Shown: one piece after another, positions 35,897 through 52,445 of the stretch | How the letters are laid out: each line of letters begins with the position of its first letter | How positions within the stretch are numbered: the first letter of the stretch is position 1 | Origin: Eledone cirrhosa | Lineage: Eukaryota | NCBI GenBank assembly: GCA_964016885.1 | Contig: OZ024745.1 | Span: 76,384,001-76,448,000, forward strand | Direction: 5' to 3' | DNA length: 64,000 bases | Position numbers and translations under genes: made by a program | Notes under the pieces: model-generated | Seen by the model: only the letters and a program-made list of their open reading frames with translations | What the model was told of the DNA's origin: nothing | The model's database searches: none

Positions 35897-37913
35897 TATA
35901 ATATATACTATGTATAAATAAATGTTATATATTTTTTATTTTACTATATATATAATATGTATTAATTGATATTTAATATACTATTATATCATCTCTACAG
36001 CTCCGCCCCAGCGCCCCCTGGACTTTCTAAGTGTCCCCCCCCCTCCTGGTGGGCGGGTGGGTGGTAGCACCACTTGGAGAAACTCTGATTTACACTAAAA
36101 GTAGTTTACAAATTTTATATCTCAAATAAAGTAAAAAATATTTGTTTACTTGGCACTGGTCTCGAATGTTTTATAATTTTCCCTCACCAAAAATGCAAGT
36201 AGAGTAAAAAAATTTCGACCATCGTAATTGCTAACATGTATATTCCGTTAACGCTCACTACTAAAAGTATGGATTCATTTTAGGTAGCTCAAATTTGTTT
36301 ATTTCTCGAATTCTTCGTTATAAATATATGGCTTATTAGAACATCTTTGGTGTTTTGAATTTATAAATATGTTAGTTACTTTTTATAAATACAAGTCTTA
36401 CATACTATTAGCGTTTAAGAAGTTCTCATCACAAATTCGATATATGCATTGAAAGCTTTTTACTCTGTTGACATAACTCAAGAAATCAAATGTCCTGTAA
36501 TACAGCCACGGCTAGAAAACGACTTTGAACGACTTGACAAATTTCAGTAAACTTCGTTTAAATTGAATAATGTAACTTAATACTAAGTTGCAGTTTCTTG
36601 AAAGTTTTCTCTAAAATAAAATGATAATGTCATCAATATTTCATTCTTTACTTCATAAGTACATCGATAATGGACAGTTATCATTTTTTGAGTCTCATTT
36701 TAACTGATTTTACACTTCAAATTTCATATATCTGAAGTAGAGATTTGTTTTTTCAAATTATCCAACTCATCAATTTAAAATAAATCTAACATCGAATTAT
36801 TTTGTAGAGATTTCCAAGCAAGTATTCAAATTGACATTTCATTAGATTATATAATTTTTTAATAAGTCATGTTCGAGTAAATTATGTTATAACGCTTCAT
36901 AAAATGATGAGTTTACTGGGGATAATTGCTGAAATTTCTGGAATAATTTGTCAGATTTATGACGACAAACCAACACGTTAAAGTAATCTTAAACATATAC
37001 AATATATAACATTAGATGATCCAATGAATAAACAATATACATTAATAAAAACTTCAACTATCCTCCTACAATTATTAAAAAAACAACATATTAGTAGATT
37101 AATATAAAACCTATCATCAAATAAATGAATATTTAATAAAGTTTCCCAGCTCTGTCACCAAACTTTAGCAAGAAATAGCTTTAGTGATAATCAGAAACAC
37201 ACAAAACAACACTTACAAACACAGAATAAAAGATGTGTTAGGATCATTTACATAGCACAAACGAATCCATAAATATAACAAGGAACTTCTTGACATCCCT
37301 GATTAGATACCGGAAAATATCTAATATAAATTCTGTAAAAACCATTATGGACAACATAGGATCACAAATATCCCCCCCCCCCCAACAACATTACCACGCT
37401 TAGAAATTAGAAATCTGATAACCTTCATCCTTAACAGAATATTGGTTTTAGCAAGGGCAGATCTGCCAACCCCTAAAAACCCAAACGAAGACTACCATGA
37501 AAAAAATTGCCCCAAAACGGGGAGAAATGAGGCAAAATGAGGAGATTTTACAAAATGAAAGCTATACCCATTTTCACAAGAGAAGACATCTCTCATCCAC
37601 CCCAAAGTGGGTGGGAGATCTCTCCGTCGGATGGAGAGAGTTGACAGATGTGCAATCGCAAATGTATAGAGATAATATCGGGTTACCATAAATGGCAAAA
37701 ATACCTTTAGAACCTTCAGAACACTGCCTATCCATTATTGTAAATACTGGAATTTGAAGAAAAAAAACAACAAAAAAAACAACAACGAAACATTCATTCT
37801 TGACCCAGCCACGTACATTGTATCTATCTATCTACCTAACTATCTAGGTGTCTATCTATCTATATATCCATCTTTCTATCTATCAATCATATATATATAT
37901 ATATATATATATA

Positions 37914-39180
<1,267 letters not shown>

Positions 39181-39229
39181 AGCTCACATATTCACTTCCC
39201 TATATGCAAATATATTTATAGTCCATATA

Positions 39230-39413
39230 TATTACATACATACACACACATATCAACACACACACACACACATATATATATACACACACATACCCCCACA
39301 CAATTATATACACATACATATATATATATATATACACACACAAACACATATATACATATATACACACAAATGCATACGCATATATATACACACAAATGCA
39401 TACGCATATATAT

Positions 39414-39444
<31 letters not shown>

Positions 39445-39570
39445 CACACACATACCCCCACACAAATATAAACACATACATATATATATATATACACACA
39501 CATACACATATATACACACAAATGCATACGCATATATATACACATACACACACACACACATCTATACACC

Positions 39571-39604
<34 letters not shown>

Positions 39605-39735
39605 CACGTGCATGCACCCACACATACATGTACATACACCCACACATACATGTACATAAAGATACACACACAGATATATATATATATACATATACATACA
39701 CATATATACACACACACGCACACACATATATACAT
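39230..39735. repeat. Compound (CA)/(TA) low-complexity repeat
   Basis: Explains HTHT/VCVC ORFs. Confidence 0.95.
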
Positions 39736-39736
39736 A

Positions 39737-40345
39737 GTGGCTGCCAACTCGTTTTCGAGTACGGCCACTACTTTATATCCATGTAGGAGAACCCCTACCG
39801 ATGCGCTGAACGAGTGTGACTTTTTAGTCCAGCCAGCGACTTGAAAACTCTGGTACAAACACTACACCTGTGACAATTATTGACACATAGTGCTGGGCCC
39901 ATGGTACCATGTGACGACAAGTGCAGAGAGATCTCCAGATATAAAGCAATGCCTGTGCCGTGAAGCTTTTATAGTGAGCAAAGGCACTGCACAAAGCCAG
40001 TCCCACTCTCTTAACCAAGATGATATTTACCAAAAAGAAGAACAAGTCAACATCAATGGATACCATCAGGGTTGCAGGTGTTATATCAGAGTTTTCCTTC
40101 TCCTAGAATTCTGCCTTGACAAAGGCTAAGGGGTCATCTCTCCCGGTGATTTTGGATGGCCATTGACTCTTAAGAGCTCCTTTGCCCTTTGACAGGTTTT
40201 GTTTTTAGTCCTGCAGGATGTCCAAAGTCATCCTCCTCACCAAGAAACCTTGGTGGGGTTGCCAGTTTAGTCACCAACGACCCGACCACGAGACAGGTTG
40301 TACTGGGATACATGTTACCAGTAGCACCAACTGGTGACCTGACAT
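39737..40345 (-). mobile_element. Longer copy of the repeat at 34001-34505
   Basis: Shared ORF shadows (34112/39890 and 34175/39824) and ~100 extra 5' bases. Confidence 0.7.
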
Positions 40346-40391
40346 AATATATATACATAATATATATACATACACATATATATACACACAT

Positions 40392-40427
<36 letters not shown>

Positions 40428-40474
40428 CTCACACATACGCACGTGTATACATACACTTATATATACACACAATG

Positions 40475-40988
40475 TTTGAAAGTACGGGTGTCATCAACTA
40501 TCTTTCTTTTTCAACATGAGATTTTTTAAAGAAAAGAGGGCGGGGGGAGAATCCCGTTACTTGAAGGTGGAATATCACTTTTTTGTGTTCAGTAGTGGTT
40601 TGTATTTTCTAATAAAGAATTCTTCTTTCTATTTTCGGAAGTGTTCGTTGTCCGACCATATCTTAAAGAAGGGGAAAAATTGTGAAATTTCCCTTTCCGC
40701 ATGTTGCGAAGTGTTCACTGCATGTCGTGTTTCTGACGGAGGGGTCTCTAATTTATTGATATTGTACTCAAACTATGTCATGTAGAACCGTTCCGGTTTC
40801 ACCAATGTAGTATTCTTTACATTGTAGGCAGGTTGCACAGTAAATCAAGTTTTTGGTTTTGCAATTCATGTTTGCATTAACTGTGAAAGACTCGTTGTTT
40901 TTAAAGGAGATTTGTCCACACCCTTCAATGTGTTTGCAAGTTCCGCATCGAGGGTCCCCGTATTTCTTAACTTGCATTGCTTCATTTA
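40475..40988 (-). mobile_element. Penelope-like element 3' half (Cys linker + GIY-YIG)
   Basis: PRCGTC..MNCKTKNLIYCATCLQCKEYYIGETG; downstream KEEFFIRKYKPLLN. Confidence 0.88.
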
Positions 40989-43474
40989 GACCGTGTAACA
41001 AAAAAAAATATTTTTCTCTGTTCCTGGCTTGTAATTACTTTTTTTGTGTTGCTTAGATCCCAAATAAAAAAAAAGAGAGCTATTAAACAGTTAAAAGTTT
41101 CGGTTTGTAAAAATTCAAAGCTATTCAACATTTGTTGCATGTATTCCACTCTGTGCTTTTAATTTGAATTTGAATTTTTGTACAATTCCCGTAAAATATA
41201 TGTCACATCCATTCCACCCTGTAAATACGAAACTGTTGCTCACAACATCAATATATATGTATCTGTATTATTGTTCAGTTGAATAGGAGGTTAATTACAT
41301 GTACAAATATTGATAATGCTCCGATGACCCCCAAATGAGAGTTTGGAAAAAACGATTGTCAGCTATGAAATGATTTGAACACAACCTTGATAATTGTCTA
41401 ATTTATTTATTTATTTATTATTATATATACATATATATATATATATAGTTAAGGAGGGTATCCCAAATGTCATCGGGAAATAACCACAGCAAAATAAGGT
41501 GCTCAATACATTAGTAAAGAATAAGTATATTTATTTCTCTCTCTCCGCCAGTCTATAATCTATACACTAACACAACAGATGACACACGTATTCAAACAGA
41601 TCTCCTTCAAATATTATGGTTATAGTGGACAATATATGAAAACATATCCATGAATAGAAAGCCTTTGATCATACGTCTGCGCAATAACGGCTTACCTGAA
41701 GCCAAACAATATCAACAAATATCATTTTATTAGAAATTCTGTATTTATATGGAAACGATTGGATGTCAATAGTAATGCTCCAAGTATATTTGATGCTATT
41801 TTTAACAACTCTTATTTATTCCGTCAGTTTTAATTTGCAAATATTTGTGGTAGAATGGTAAATACTCCAACATTTCTTATTTGATTTAATTGTAGGTGTT
41901 ATTGTTTACGTTGTCATTATTAATCGTTGTCATAACTTTGCCTTTCATCCTTCCGGGGTCGATAGAATAAAGTACCAGTAATGCATAGGGTAATTGCTGG
42001 CCTTGTGCCAAAAGTAGAAACAATTATTAATAGGGGGCGGTAGATTGGCAGTATCAGTAGAGTGCCGGGCACCATGCTTTGTAGCATAGCGTTATGGCCT
42101 TTAACCTTCTGAGTTCATATTTAGTTACTAACGTTTCTTTAAATTTTGAGTTCAATTCCGCAATAGTTGACTTGCCCTTCACTGGTGGTCGGTAAATATA
42201 TATCGACTGTTCCATGTCTGAAATTGCTCTAATGCTAGAAATCCTCCTTATTGGAATATATGAGAAGATATGGTTTATAGAAGTAGTAAAACACCGGATA
42301 TTGTTACTGTAAATAATACTTTGGGGACTTCGTCCGCATGAAAAGCAACAGCTACTCAAAGATTAAGCTAGTTAATGAGAAGAACAATAAAAACTCAACG
42401 AGATATACTTAAGTATTAAACAAAAACAATGTATGCCAATTACTAATATTATTTTCATATTCCTGGCAGTTCCAAAAATGCTTCGGAATTATTGTAGGTT
42501 TCATTGCGCTTAAGTAAAATTTACAAGAATTCACATTTTTGGGGAGCTAGAATCGCGTTTGGATTGACTTTCTCTTTTATCCGACTATATATCTATTGCC
42601 AGCACTACCTCGTCTTATTTTCAAGCACAATCTATCGAGAACCAGAGTAGCTTAAGTGTCCTTCCTACGTTAAGTTATGATTTGAAGAATTTCAGCTTCA
42701 CGTTTTAGTAGCCGACTTCCTCATTAAGGAAAATAAATTTATTCCACATTTGAACTACTTATAATTACTTCCTGGAGCCTGTCATTCAGTACTGCTTACT
42801 GCTTATGACATTAATTTTCAGCTATGTTCTCAAGGAAGGCCACATAAGAAATGTTCCTAGTTGAATTTACACCGCAGTTAATTTTGCCTTTTGTGGCACT
42901 GCAGTCGCTAAAGTAAGTGTAAATCAGGTACGAAAGTCGGTTTAATCGCAACAAATTTCTGGATCTTATGACACTGAAATAAAATCATTGCTATTTGCCA
43001 TATTACATCGCAAAAGATTGTACATCTAACTACTGATATTACATTCTGGTAACTACATCAATTTAACTCACATGACTTCAGTTGAATATATCTACCAGAA
43101 TATGTAGACGGGGTGCAAGTGAGAGATGTTAACCTACAAATATTCTTTATGATGGAATAAAATATTTCATGGTAAAACAATATTTAATGTTCCCATTTCA
43201 CATATATGAACACTGTTCTTGATAAAGGAATAGACGTTGTCATACATTCTCACTAACAGGAAGCTTTTACTCGAAAACAGTAAGCTTATTTCTACATTCT
43301 CTCACTTAATAGTTTAAGCAAGTATACACTCACACATGCGTAATACAATTGTGATCCTTGCTTGAAAGAATGAAAAGTAAAACAACAGATCTTGAATTGT
43401 AGCAGTGATTTCATAAACATAGCAATTGAGTGATCAATCGGCACGTTATGTTGAATTCAAGTTTATGATTTATA

Positions 43475-43559
<85 letters not shown>

Positions 43560-43830
43560 GGAGAGAGAGAGACAGTGGAATGTTGAAAATATTTACGGTC
43601 TCTGAGATTTAAAATCTGCATTTTATTGACAGGTTTTTGAAAGAACTAGCTTGATTTATAATCATAGTTATACATTACCGTATATACTCGCGTATAGGTC
43701 GCCCCGGCAGATATGTCGCATAACCACTTTTCATTTAACAAATAGGCAATTTGCCATTGACTCGCAGATAGGTCGCACTGAAATTTGGGCCGTGAAACTA
43801 CTATTTTTTAATGATAATTGAAACTAATAA

Positions 43831-45309
43831 GACCGTGTAACAAACATTTTTTTATTCTCTGTTTCTGGCTTGTAATCACTTTTTTGTGTTGCTTAGGTCC
43901 CAAATAAATAAAAAAGTGCTATTAAACAGTTAAAAGTTTGGGTTTGTAAAAATTCTAAGCTATTCACTAGAATTATTTGTATGCTGGATTTTACGTTGTA
44001 TGTAAGTTTAATTTGCTTATGTTAAATGATTTTTTAAAATATATGTTTCAGGTTAAATTAAAATTATAAATAAAGAGTAATACCTAAAGAAAATTATAAA
44101 AGTGCAATAAAGTATAAAAAGTGGATTAAAGAGATTTATTGATACTGGGGTACCAGAAAAAGTTCCTCACTTCCCAAACCAAAAAGAAGTCAATGACTTG
44201 GTCAGGGATATGGGTCTGACCAAGTCCAATGCAGAGCTATTCGTCTCCAGGATGAAGCAGTAGAAGTTGGTCAAGAAGGAAGTGCAGGTGACAAGTCAGA
44301 GAAGTCGACACGAACCTTTCTCAGTCTTTTACACTCTTAGGAATGGCCTCTGCTTCTGCCATGACGTGCCTGGACTGTTTGACGTTATTGGGGTGCCGTT
44401 TGTGCCCAAGGAGTGGCGGCTATTTATAGACAGCTCCACCACAAATTTGAAAGCTGTCCTCCTCTACAATGGTAACAAGTTACCGACACTGCCCCTAGCT
44501 CATTAAGTCTTGCCTGAAAGAAGATTACTACAGTGTGAAAGTCCTCTTGGAAGCTCTGCAATACAACCAGTACAATTAGGAAATCATTGGAGACTTCAAG
44601 ATGGTGGCTTTCCTGCTTGGACTCCAAGGAGGCTTTATCAAATTCCAATGCTTCTTCTGCCTTTGGGACAGCAGAGCCACCTCTGACCACTACAAAAGAA
44701 AGAACTGGGAGCAGCGAACAGAATTTGTAGTTGGGACCCGGAATGTCATGTGGGAGCCACTGGTTGACCCCCAGGATTGTGATCATGCCGCCACTGCACA
44801 TTCAGTTGGGGTTGATGAAGCAGTTTGTGAAGGCTCTCAACCAAGAATCAGCCGCTTTTAAGTACCTTCTTGAGTTCTTCCCCAAGTTATCTGAGGCATA
44901 AATCAAAGGTAGAATTTTTGTTGGACCTCAGATAAAGAAGGTGTTTGAGTCTACCGAGTTCTCCAATAAGCTCAATAGGATTGAGAGAACAGCATGGAAC
45001 TGTTTTAAGGCAGTTGTTAAGGGCTTCCTGGGCAACTACAGAGCTGAAAACTACCAGCAACTGGTGCAGGATCTGATAAAGGCTTTTGGCGCCATGGGAT
45101 GCAGGATGTCGCTTAAACTCCATATGCTGGACGCTCACCTGGAAAAATTCAAGGACAATATGGGCGCCTACTCAGAAGAACAAGGCGAACGATTCCATCA
45201 ATATATGAAAGAGATAGAGCGGAGATACCAGGGCCACAACAATGAAAAAATGATGGGGGACTATATCTGGGGGCTAGTGCGGGAATGCGACCTGGACTAC
45301 AACCGCAAA
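43831..45309 (+). pseudogene. Chapaev3-like (CMC group) DDE transposase copy 1, right end missing
   Basis: EWRLFIDSS..LKAVLL.NGN, CFFCLWDSR, GPQI, MSLKLHML, EEQGERFHQ; stops and frameshifts. Superfamily call from recalled motifs plus termini. Confidence 0.8.
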
Positions 45310-47730
45310 GCTCCTTTCTCAATGCCTCTTTAATTATTAGACTATTCTCTTGTATTATCTATTGCATGTATTCCACTCTGTGCTTTTAAATTGAATTTGA
45401 ATTTTTGTACAATTATCATAAAATATGTCACATCCATTCCACCGTGTAAATACGAAACTGTTGCTCACAACATCAATATATATGTATCTATATTATTGTT
45501 CAGTTGAATAGGAGGTTAATTACATGTACAAACATTGATAATGCTCCGATGCCACCAAATGAGAGTTTGGAAGAAATGATTGTCAGCTATTTAATGATTT
45601 GAACACAACCTTGATAATTGTCTAATTTATTTATTTATTTATTATTATATATACATATATATATATATATATAGTTAAGGAGGGTATCCCAAATGTCATC
45701 GGGAAATAACCACAGCAAAATAAGGTGCTCAATACATTAGTAAAGAATAAGTATATTTATTTCTCTCTCTCCGCCAGTCTATAATCTATACACTAACACA
45801 ACAGATGACACACGTATTCAAACAGATCTCCTTCAAATATTATGGTTATAGTGGACAATATATGAAAACATATCCATGAATAGAAAGCCTTTGATCATAT
45901 GTCTGCGCAATAACGGCTTACCTGAAGCCAAACAACATCAACAAATATCCTTTTATTAGAAATTCTGTATTTATATGGAAACGATTGGATGTCAATAGTA
46001 ATGCTCCAAGTATATTTGATGCTATTTTTAACAACTCTTATTTATTCCGTCGGTTTTAATTTGCAAATATTTGTGGTAGAATGGTAAATACTCCAGCATT
46101 TCTAATTTGATTTAATTGTAGGTGTTATTGTTTACGTTGTCATTATTAATCGTTGTCATAACTTTGCCTTTCATCCTTCCGGGGTCGATAGAATAAAGTA
46201 CCAGTAATGCATTGGGTAATTGCTGGCCTTGTGCCTAAAGTAGAAACAATTATTAATAGGGGGCGGTAGATTGGCAGTATCAGTAGAGTGCCGGACACCA
46301 TGCTTTGTAGCATAGCGTTATGGCCTTTAACCTTCTGAGTTCATATTTAGTTACTAACGTTTCTTTAAATTTTGAGTTCAATTCCACAATAGTTGACTTG
46401 CCCTTCACTGGTGGTCGGTAAATATATATCGACTGTTCCATGTCTGAAATTGCGCTAATGCTAGAAATCCTCCTTATTGGAATATATGAGAAGATATGGT
46501 TTATAGAAGTAGTAAAACGCCGGATATTGTTACTGTAAATAATACTTTGGGGACTTCGTCCGCATGAAAAGCAACAGCTACTCAAAGATTAAGCTAGTTA
46601 ATGAGAAGAACAATAAAAACTCAACGAGATATACTTAAGCATTAAACAAAAACAATGTATGCCAATTACTAATATTATTTTCATATTCCTGGCAGTTCCA
46701 AAAATGCTTCGGAATTATTGTAGGTTTCATTGCGCTTAAGTAAAATTTACAAGAATTCACATTTTTGGGGAGCTAGAATCGCGTTTGGATTGACTTTCTC
46801 TTTTATCCGACTATATATCTATTGCCGGCACTACTTCGTCTTATATTCAAGCACAATCTATCGAGAACTATAGTAGCTTAAGTGTCCTTCCTACGTTAAG
46901 TTATGATTTCAAGAATTTCAGCTTCACGTTTTAGTAGCCGACTTCCTCATTAAGGAAAATAAATTTATTCCACATTTGAACTACTTATAATTACTTCCTG
47001 GAGCCTGTCATTCAGTACTGCTTACTGCTTATGACATTAATTTTCAGCTATGTTCTCAAGGAAGGCCACATAAGAAATGTTTCTAGTTGAATTTACATCG
47101 CAGTTAATTTTGCCTTTTGTGGCACTGCAGTCGCTAAAGTAAGTATAAATCAAGTACGAAAGTCGGTTTAATCGCAACAAATTTCTGGATCTTATGACAC
47201 TGAAATAAAATCATTGCTATTTGCCATATTACATCGCAAAAGATTGTACATCTAACTACTGACATTACATTCTGGTAACTACATCAATTTAACTCACATG
47301 ACTTCAGTTGAATATATCTACCAGAATATGTAGACGGGGTGCAAGTGAGAGATGTTAACCTACAAATATTCTTTATGATGGAATAAAATATTTCATGGTA
47401 AAACAATATTTAATGTTCCCATTTCACATATATGAACACTGTTCTTGATAAAGGAATAGACGTTGTCATACATTCTCACTAACAGGAAGCTTTTACTCGA
47501 AAACAGTAAGCTTATTTCTACATTCTCTCACTTAATAGTTTAAGCAAGTATACACTCACACATGCGTAATACAATTGTGATCCTTGCTTGAAAGAATGAA
47601 AAGTAAAACAGCAGATCTTGAATTGTAGCAGTGATTTCATAAACATTCTTCAGCTGGAATATGAGACTTAATTATTAATAGCCATTGAGTGGTAAATCGG
47701 CACGTTATGTTGAATTCAAGTTTATGATTT

Positions 47731-47810
<80 letters not shown>

Positions 47811-48141
47811 TAGATAGATAGAGAGAGAGATAGAGATAGAGATAGAGAGATAGATAGAGAGAGAGAGAAAGGGAGAGAGAGAGACAGCGGAATGTTGAAA
47901 ATATTTACGGTCTCTGAGATTTAAAATCTGCATTTTATTGACAGGTTTTTGAAAGAACTAGCTTGATTTATAATCATAGTTCACATTACCGTATATACTC
48001 GCGTATAGGTCGCCCCGGCAGATATGTCGCATAACCACTTTTCATTTAACAAATAGGCAATTTGCCATTGACTCGCAGATAGGTCGCACTGAAATTTGGG
48101 CCGTGAAACTACTATTTTTTAATGATTATTGAAACTAATAA

Positions 48142-49621
48142 GACCGTGTAACAAACATTTTTTTATTCTCTGTTTCTGGCTTGTAATCACTTTTTTGTGT
48201 TGCTTAGGTCCCAAATAAATAAAAAAGTGCTATTAAACAGTTAAAAGTTTGGGTTTGTAAAAATTCTAAGCTATTCACTAGAATTATTTGTATGCTGGAT
48301 TTTACGTTGTATGTAAGTTTAATTTGCTTATGTTAAATGATTTTTTAAAAATATATGTTTCAGGTTAAATTAAAATTATAAATAAAGAGTAATACCTAAA
48401 GAAAATTATAAAAGTGCAATAAAGTATAAAAAGTGGATTAAAGAGATTTATTGATACTGGGGTACCAGAAAAAGTTCCTCACTTCCCAAACCAAAAAGAA
48501 GTCAATGACTTGGTCAGGGATATGGGTCTGACCAAGTCCAATGCAGAGCTATTCGTCTCCAGGATGAAGCAGTAGAAGTTGGTCAAGAAGGAAGTGCAGG
48601 TGACAAGTCAGAGAAGTCGACACGAACCTTTCTCAGTCTTTTACACTCTTAGGAATGGCCTCTGCTTCTGCCATGACGTGCCTGGACTGTTTGACGTTAT
48701 TGGGGTGCCGTTTGTGCCCAAGGAGTGGCGGCTATTTATAGACAGCTCCACCACAAGTTTGAAAGCTGTCCTCCTCTACAATGGTAACAAGTTACCGACA
48801 CTGCCCCTAGCTCATTAAGTCTTGCCTGAAAGAAGATTACTACAGTGTGAAAGTCCTCTTGGAAGCTCTGCAATACAACCAGTACAATTAGGAAATCATT
48901 GGAGACTTCAAGATGGTGGCTTTCCTGCTTGGACTCCAAGGAGGCTTTATCAAATTCCAATGCTTCTTCTGCCTTTGGGACAGCAGAGCCACCTCTGACC
49001 ACTACAAAAGAAAGAACTGGGAGCAGCGAACAGAATTTGTAGTTGGGACTCGGAATGTCATGTGGGAGCCACTGGTTGACCCCCAGGATTGTGATCATGC
49101 CGCCACTGCACATTCAGTTGGGGTTGATGAAGCAGTTTGTGAAGGCTCTCAACCAAGAATCAGCCGCTTTTAAGTACCTTCTTGAGTTCTTCCCCAAGTT
49201 ATCTGAGGCATAAATCAAAGGTAGAATTTTTGTTGGACCTCAGATAAAGAAGGTGTTTGAGTCTACCGAGTTCTCCAATAAGCTCAATAGGATTGAGAGA
49301 ACAGCATGGAACTGTTTTAAGGCAGTTGTTAAGGGCTTCCTGGGCAACTACAGAGCTGAAAACTACCAGCAACTGGTGCAGGATCTGATAAAGGCTTTTG
49401 GCGCCATGGGATGCAGGATGTCGCTTAAACTCCATATGCTGGACGCTCACCTGGAAAAATTCAAGGACAATATGGGCGCCTACTCAGAAGAACAAGGCGA
49501 ACGATTCCATCAATATATGAAAGAGATAGAGCGGAGATACCAGGGCCACAACAATGAAAAAATGATGGGGGACTATATCTGGGGGCTAGTGCGGGAATGC
49601 GACCTGGACTACAACCGCAAA
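48142..49621 (+). pseudogene. Chapaev3-like transposase copy 2, right end missing
   Basis: Nearly identical to copy 1. Confidence 0.8.
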
Positions 49622-52045
49622 GCTCCTTTCTCAATGCCTCTTTAATTATTAGACTATTCTCTTGTATTATCTATTGCATGTATTCCACTCTGTGCTTTTA
49701 AATTGAATTTGAATTTTTGTACAATTATCATAAAATATGTCACATCCATTCCACCGTGTAAATACGAAACTGTTGCTCACAACATCAATATATATGTATC
49801 TATATTATTGTTCAGTTGAATAGGAGGTTAATTACATGTACAAACATTGATAATGCTCCGATGCCACCAAATGAGAGTTTGGAAGAAATGATTGTCAGCT
49901 ATTTAATGATTTGAACACAACCTTGATAATTGTCTAATTTATTTATTTATTTATTATTATATATACATATATATATATATATATAGTTAAGGAGGGTATC
50001 CCAAATGTCATCGGGAAATAACCACAGCAAAATAAGGTGCTCAATACATTAGTAAAGAATAAGTATATTTATTTCTCTCTCTCCGCCAGTCTATAATCTA
50101 TACACTAACACAACAGATGACACACGTATTCAAACAGATCTCCTTCAAATATTATGGTTATAGTGGACAATATATGAAAACATATCCATGAATAGAAAGC
50201 CTTTGATCATATGTCTGCGCAATAACGGCTTACCTGAAGCCAAACAACATCAACAAATATCCTTTTATTAGAAATTCTGTATTTATATGGAAACGATTGG
50301 ATGTCAATAGTAATGCTCCAAGTATATTTGATGCTATTTTTAACAACTCTTATTTATTCCGTCGGTTTTAATTTGCAAATATTTGTGGTAGAATGGTAAA
50401 TACTCCAACATTTCTAATTTGATTTAATTGTAGGTGTTATTGTTTACGTTGTCATTATTAATCGTTGTCATAACTTTGCCTTTCATCCTTCCGGGGTCGA
50501 TAGAATAAAGTACCAGTAATGCATTGGGTAATTGCTGGCCTTGTGCCTAAAGTAGAAACAATTATTAATAGGGGGCGGTAGATTGGCAGTATCAGTAGAG
50601 TGCCGGACACCATGCTTTGTAGCATAGCGTTATGGCCTTTAACCTTCTGAGTTCATATTTAGTTACTAACGTTTCTTTAAATTTTGAGTTCAATTCCACA
50701 ATAGTTGACTTGCCCTTCACTGGTGGTCGGTAAATATATATCGACTGTTCCATGTCTGAAATTGCGCTAATGCTAGAAATCCTCCTTATTGGAATATATG
50801 AGAAGATATGGTTTATAGAAGTAGTAAAACGCCGGATATTGTTACTGTAAATAATACTTTGGGGACTTCGTCCGCATGAAAAGCAACAGCTACTCAAAGA
50901 TTAAGCTAGTTAATGAGAAGAACAATAAAAACTCAACGAGATATACTTAAGCATTAAACAAAAACAATGTATGCCAATTACTAATATTATTTTCATATTC
51001 CTGGCAGTTCCAAAAATGCTTCGGAATTATTGTAGGTTTCATTGCGCTTAAGTAAAATTTACAAGAATTCACATTTTTGGGGAGCTAGAATCGCGTTTGG
51101 ATTGACTTTCTCTTTTATCCGACTATATATCTATTGCCGGCACTACTTCGTCTTATATTCAAGCACAATCTATCGAGAACTATAGTAGCTTAAGTGTCCT
51201 TCCTACGTTAAGTTATGATTTCAAGAATTTCAGCTTCACGTTTTAGTAGCCGACTTCCTCATTAAGGAAAATATATTTATTCCACATTTGAACTACTTAT
51301 AATTACTTCCTGGAGCCTGTCATTCAGTACTGCTTACTGCTTATGACATTAATTTTCAGCTATGTTCTCAAGGAAGGCCACATAAGAAATGTTTCTAGTT
51401 GAATTTACATCGCAGTTAATTTTGCCTTTTGTGGCACTGCAGTCGCTAAAGTAAGTATAAATCAAGTACGAAAGTCGGTTTAATCGCAACAAATTTCTGG
51501 ATCTTATGACACTGAAATAAAATCATTGCTATTTGCCATATTACATCGCAAAAGATTGTACATCTAACTACTGACATTACATTCTGGTAACTACATCAAT
51601 TTAACTCACATGACTTCAGTTGAATATATCTACCAGAATATGTAGACGGGGTGCAAGTGAGAGATGTTAACCTACAAATATTCTTTATGATGGAATAAAA
51701 TATTTCATGGTAAAACAATATTTAATGTTCCCATTTCACATATATGAACACTGTTCTTGATAAAGGAATAGACGTTGTCATACATTCTCACTAACAGGAA
51801 GCTTTTACTCGAAAACAGTAAGCTTATTTCTACATTCTCTCACTTAATAGTTTAAGCAAGTATACACTCACACATGCGTAATACAATTGTGATCCTTGCT
51901 TGAAAGAATGAAAAGTAAAACAGCAGATCTTGAATTGTAGCAGTGATTTCATAAACATTCTTCAGCTGGAATATGAGACTTAATTATTAATAGCCATTGA
52001 GTGATAAATCGGCACGTTATGTTGAATTCAAGTTTATGATTTATA

Positions 52046-52119
<74 letters not shown>

Positions 52120-52445
52120 TAGATAGAGAGAGAGATAGAGATAGAGATAGAGAGATAGATAGAGAGAGAGAGAAAGGGAGAGAGAGAGACAGCGGAATGT
52201 TGAAAATATTTACGGTCTCTGAGATTTAAAATCTGCATTTTATTGACAGGTTTTTGAAAGAACTAGCTTGATTTATAATCATAGTTCACATTACCGTATA
52301 TACTCGCGTATAGGTCGCCCCGGCAAATAGGTCGCATAACCACTTTTCATTTAACAAATAGGCTATTTGCCATTGACTCGCAGATAGGTCGCACTGAAAT
52401 TTGGGCCGACAAACTACTATTTTTTATGATAATTGAAACTAATAA

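Noticed and set aside
35997-36090. Short GC-rich CAG..CTG stubs (also ~3312, ~7160, ~31251) resembling hAT MITE remnants
   Set aside because: Too degraded to define TIRs or 8-bp TSDs.
42054-42359. 101-aa ORF conserved in four copies
   Set aside because: Conservation reflects recent duplication; its 3' part runs into a SINE.
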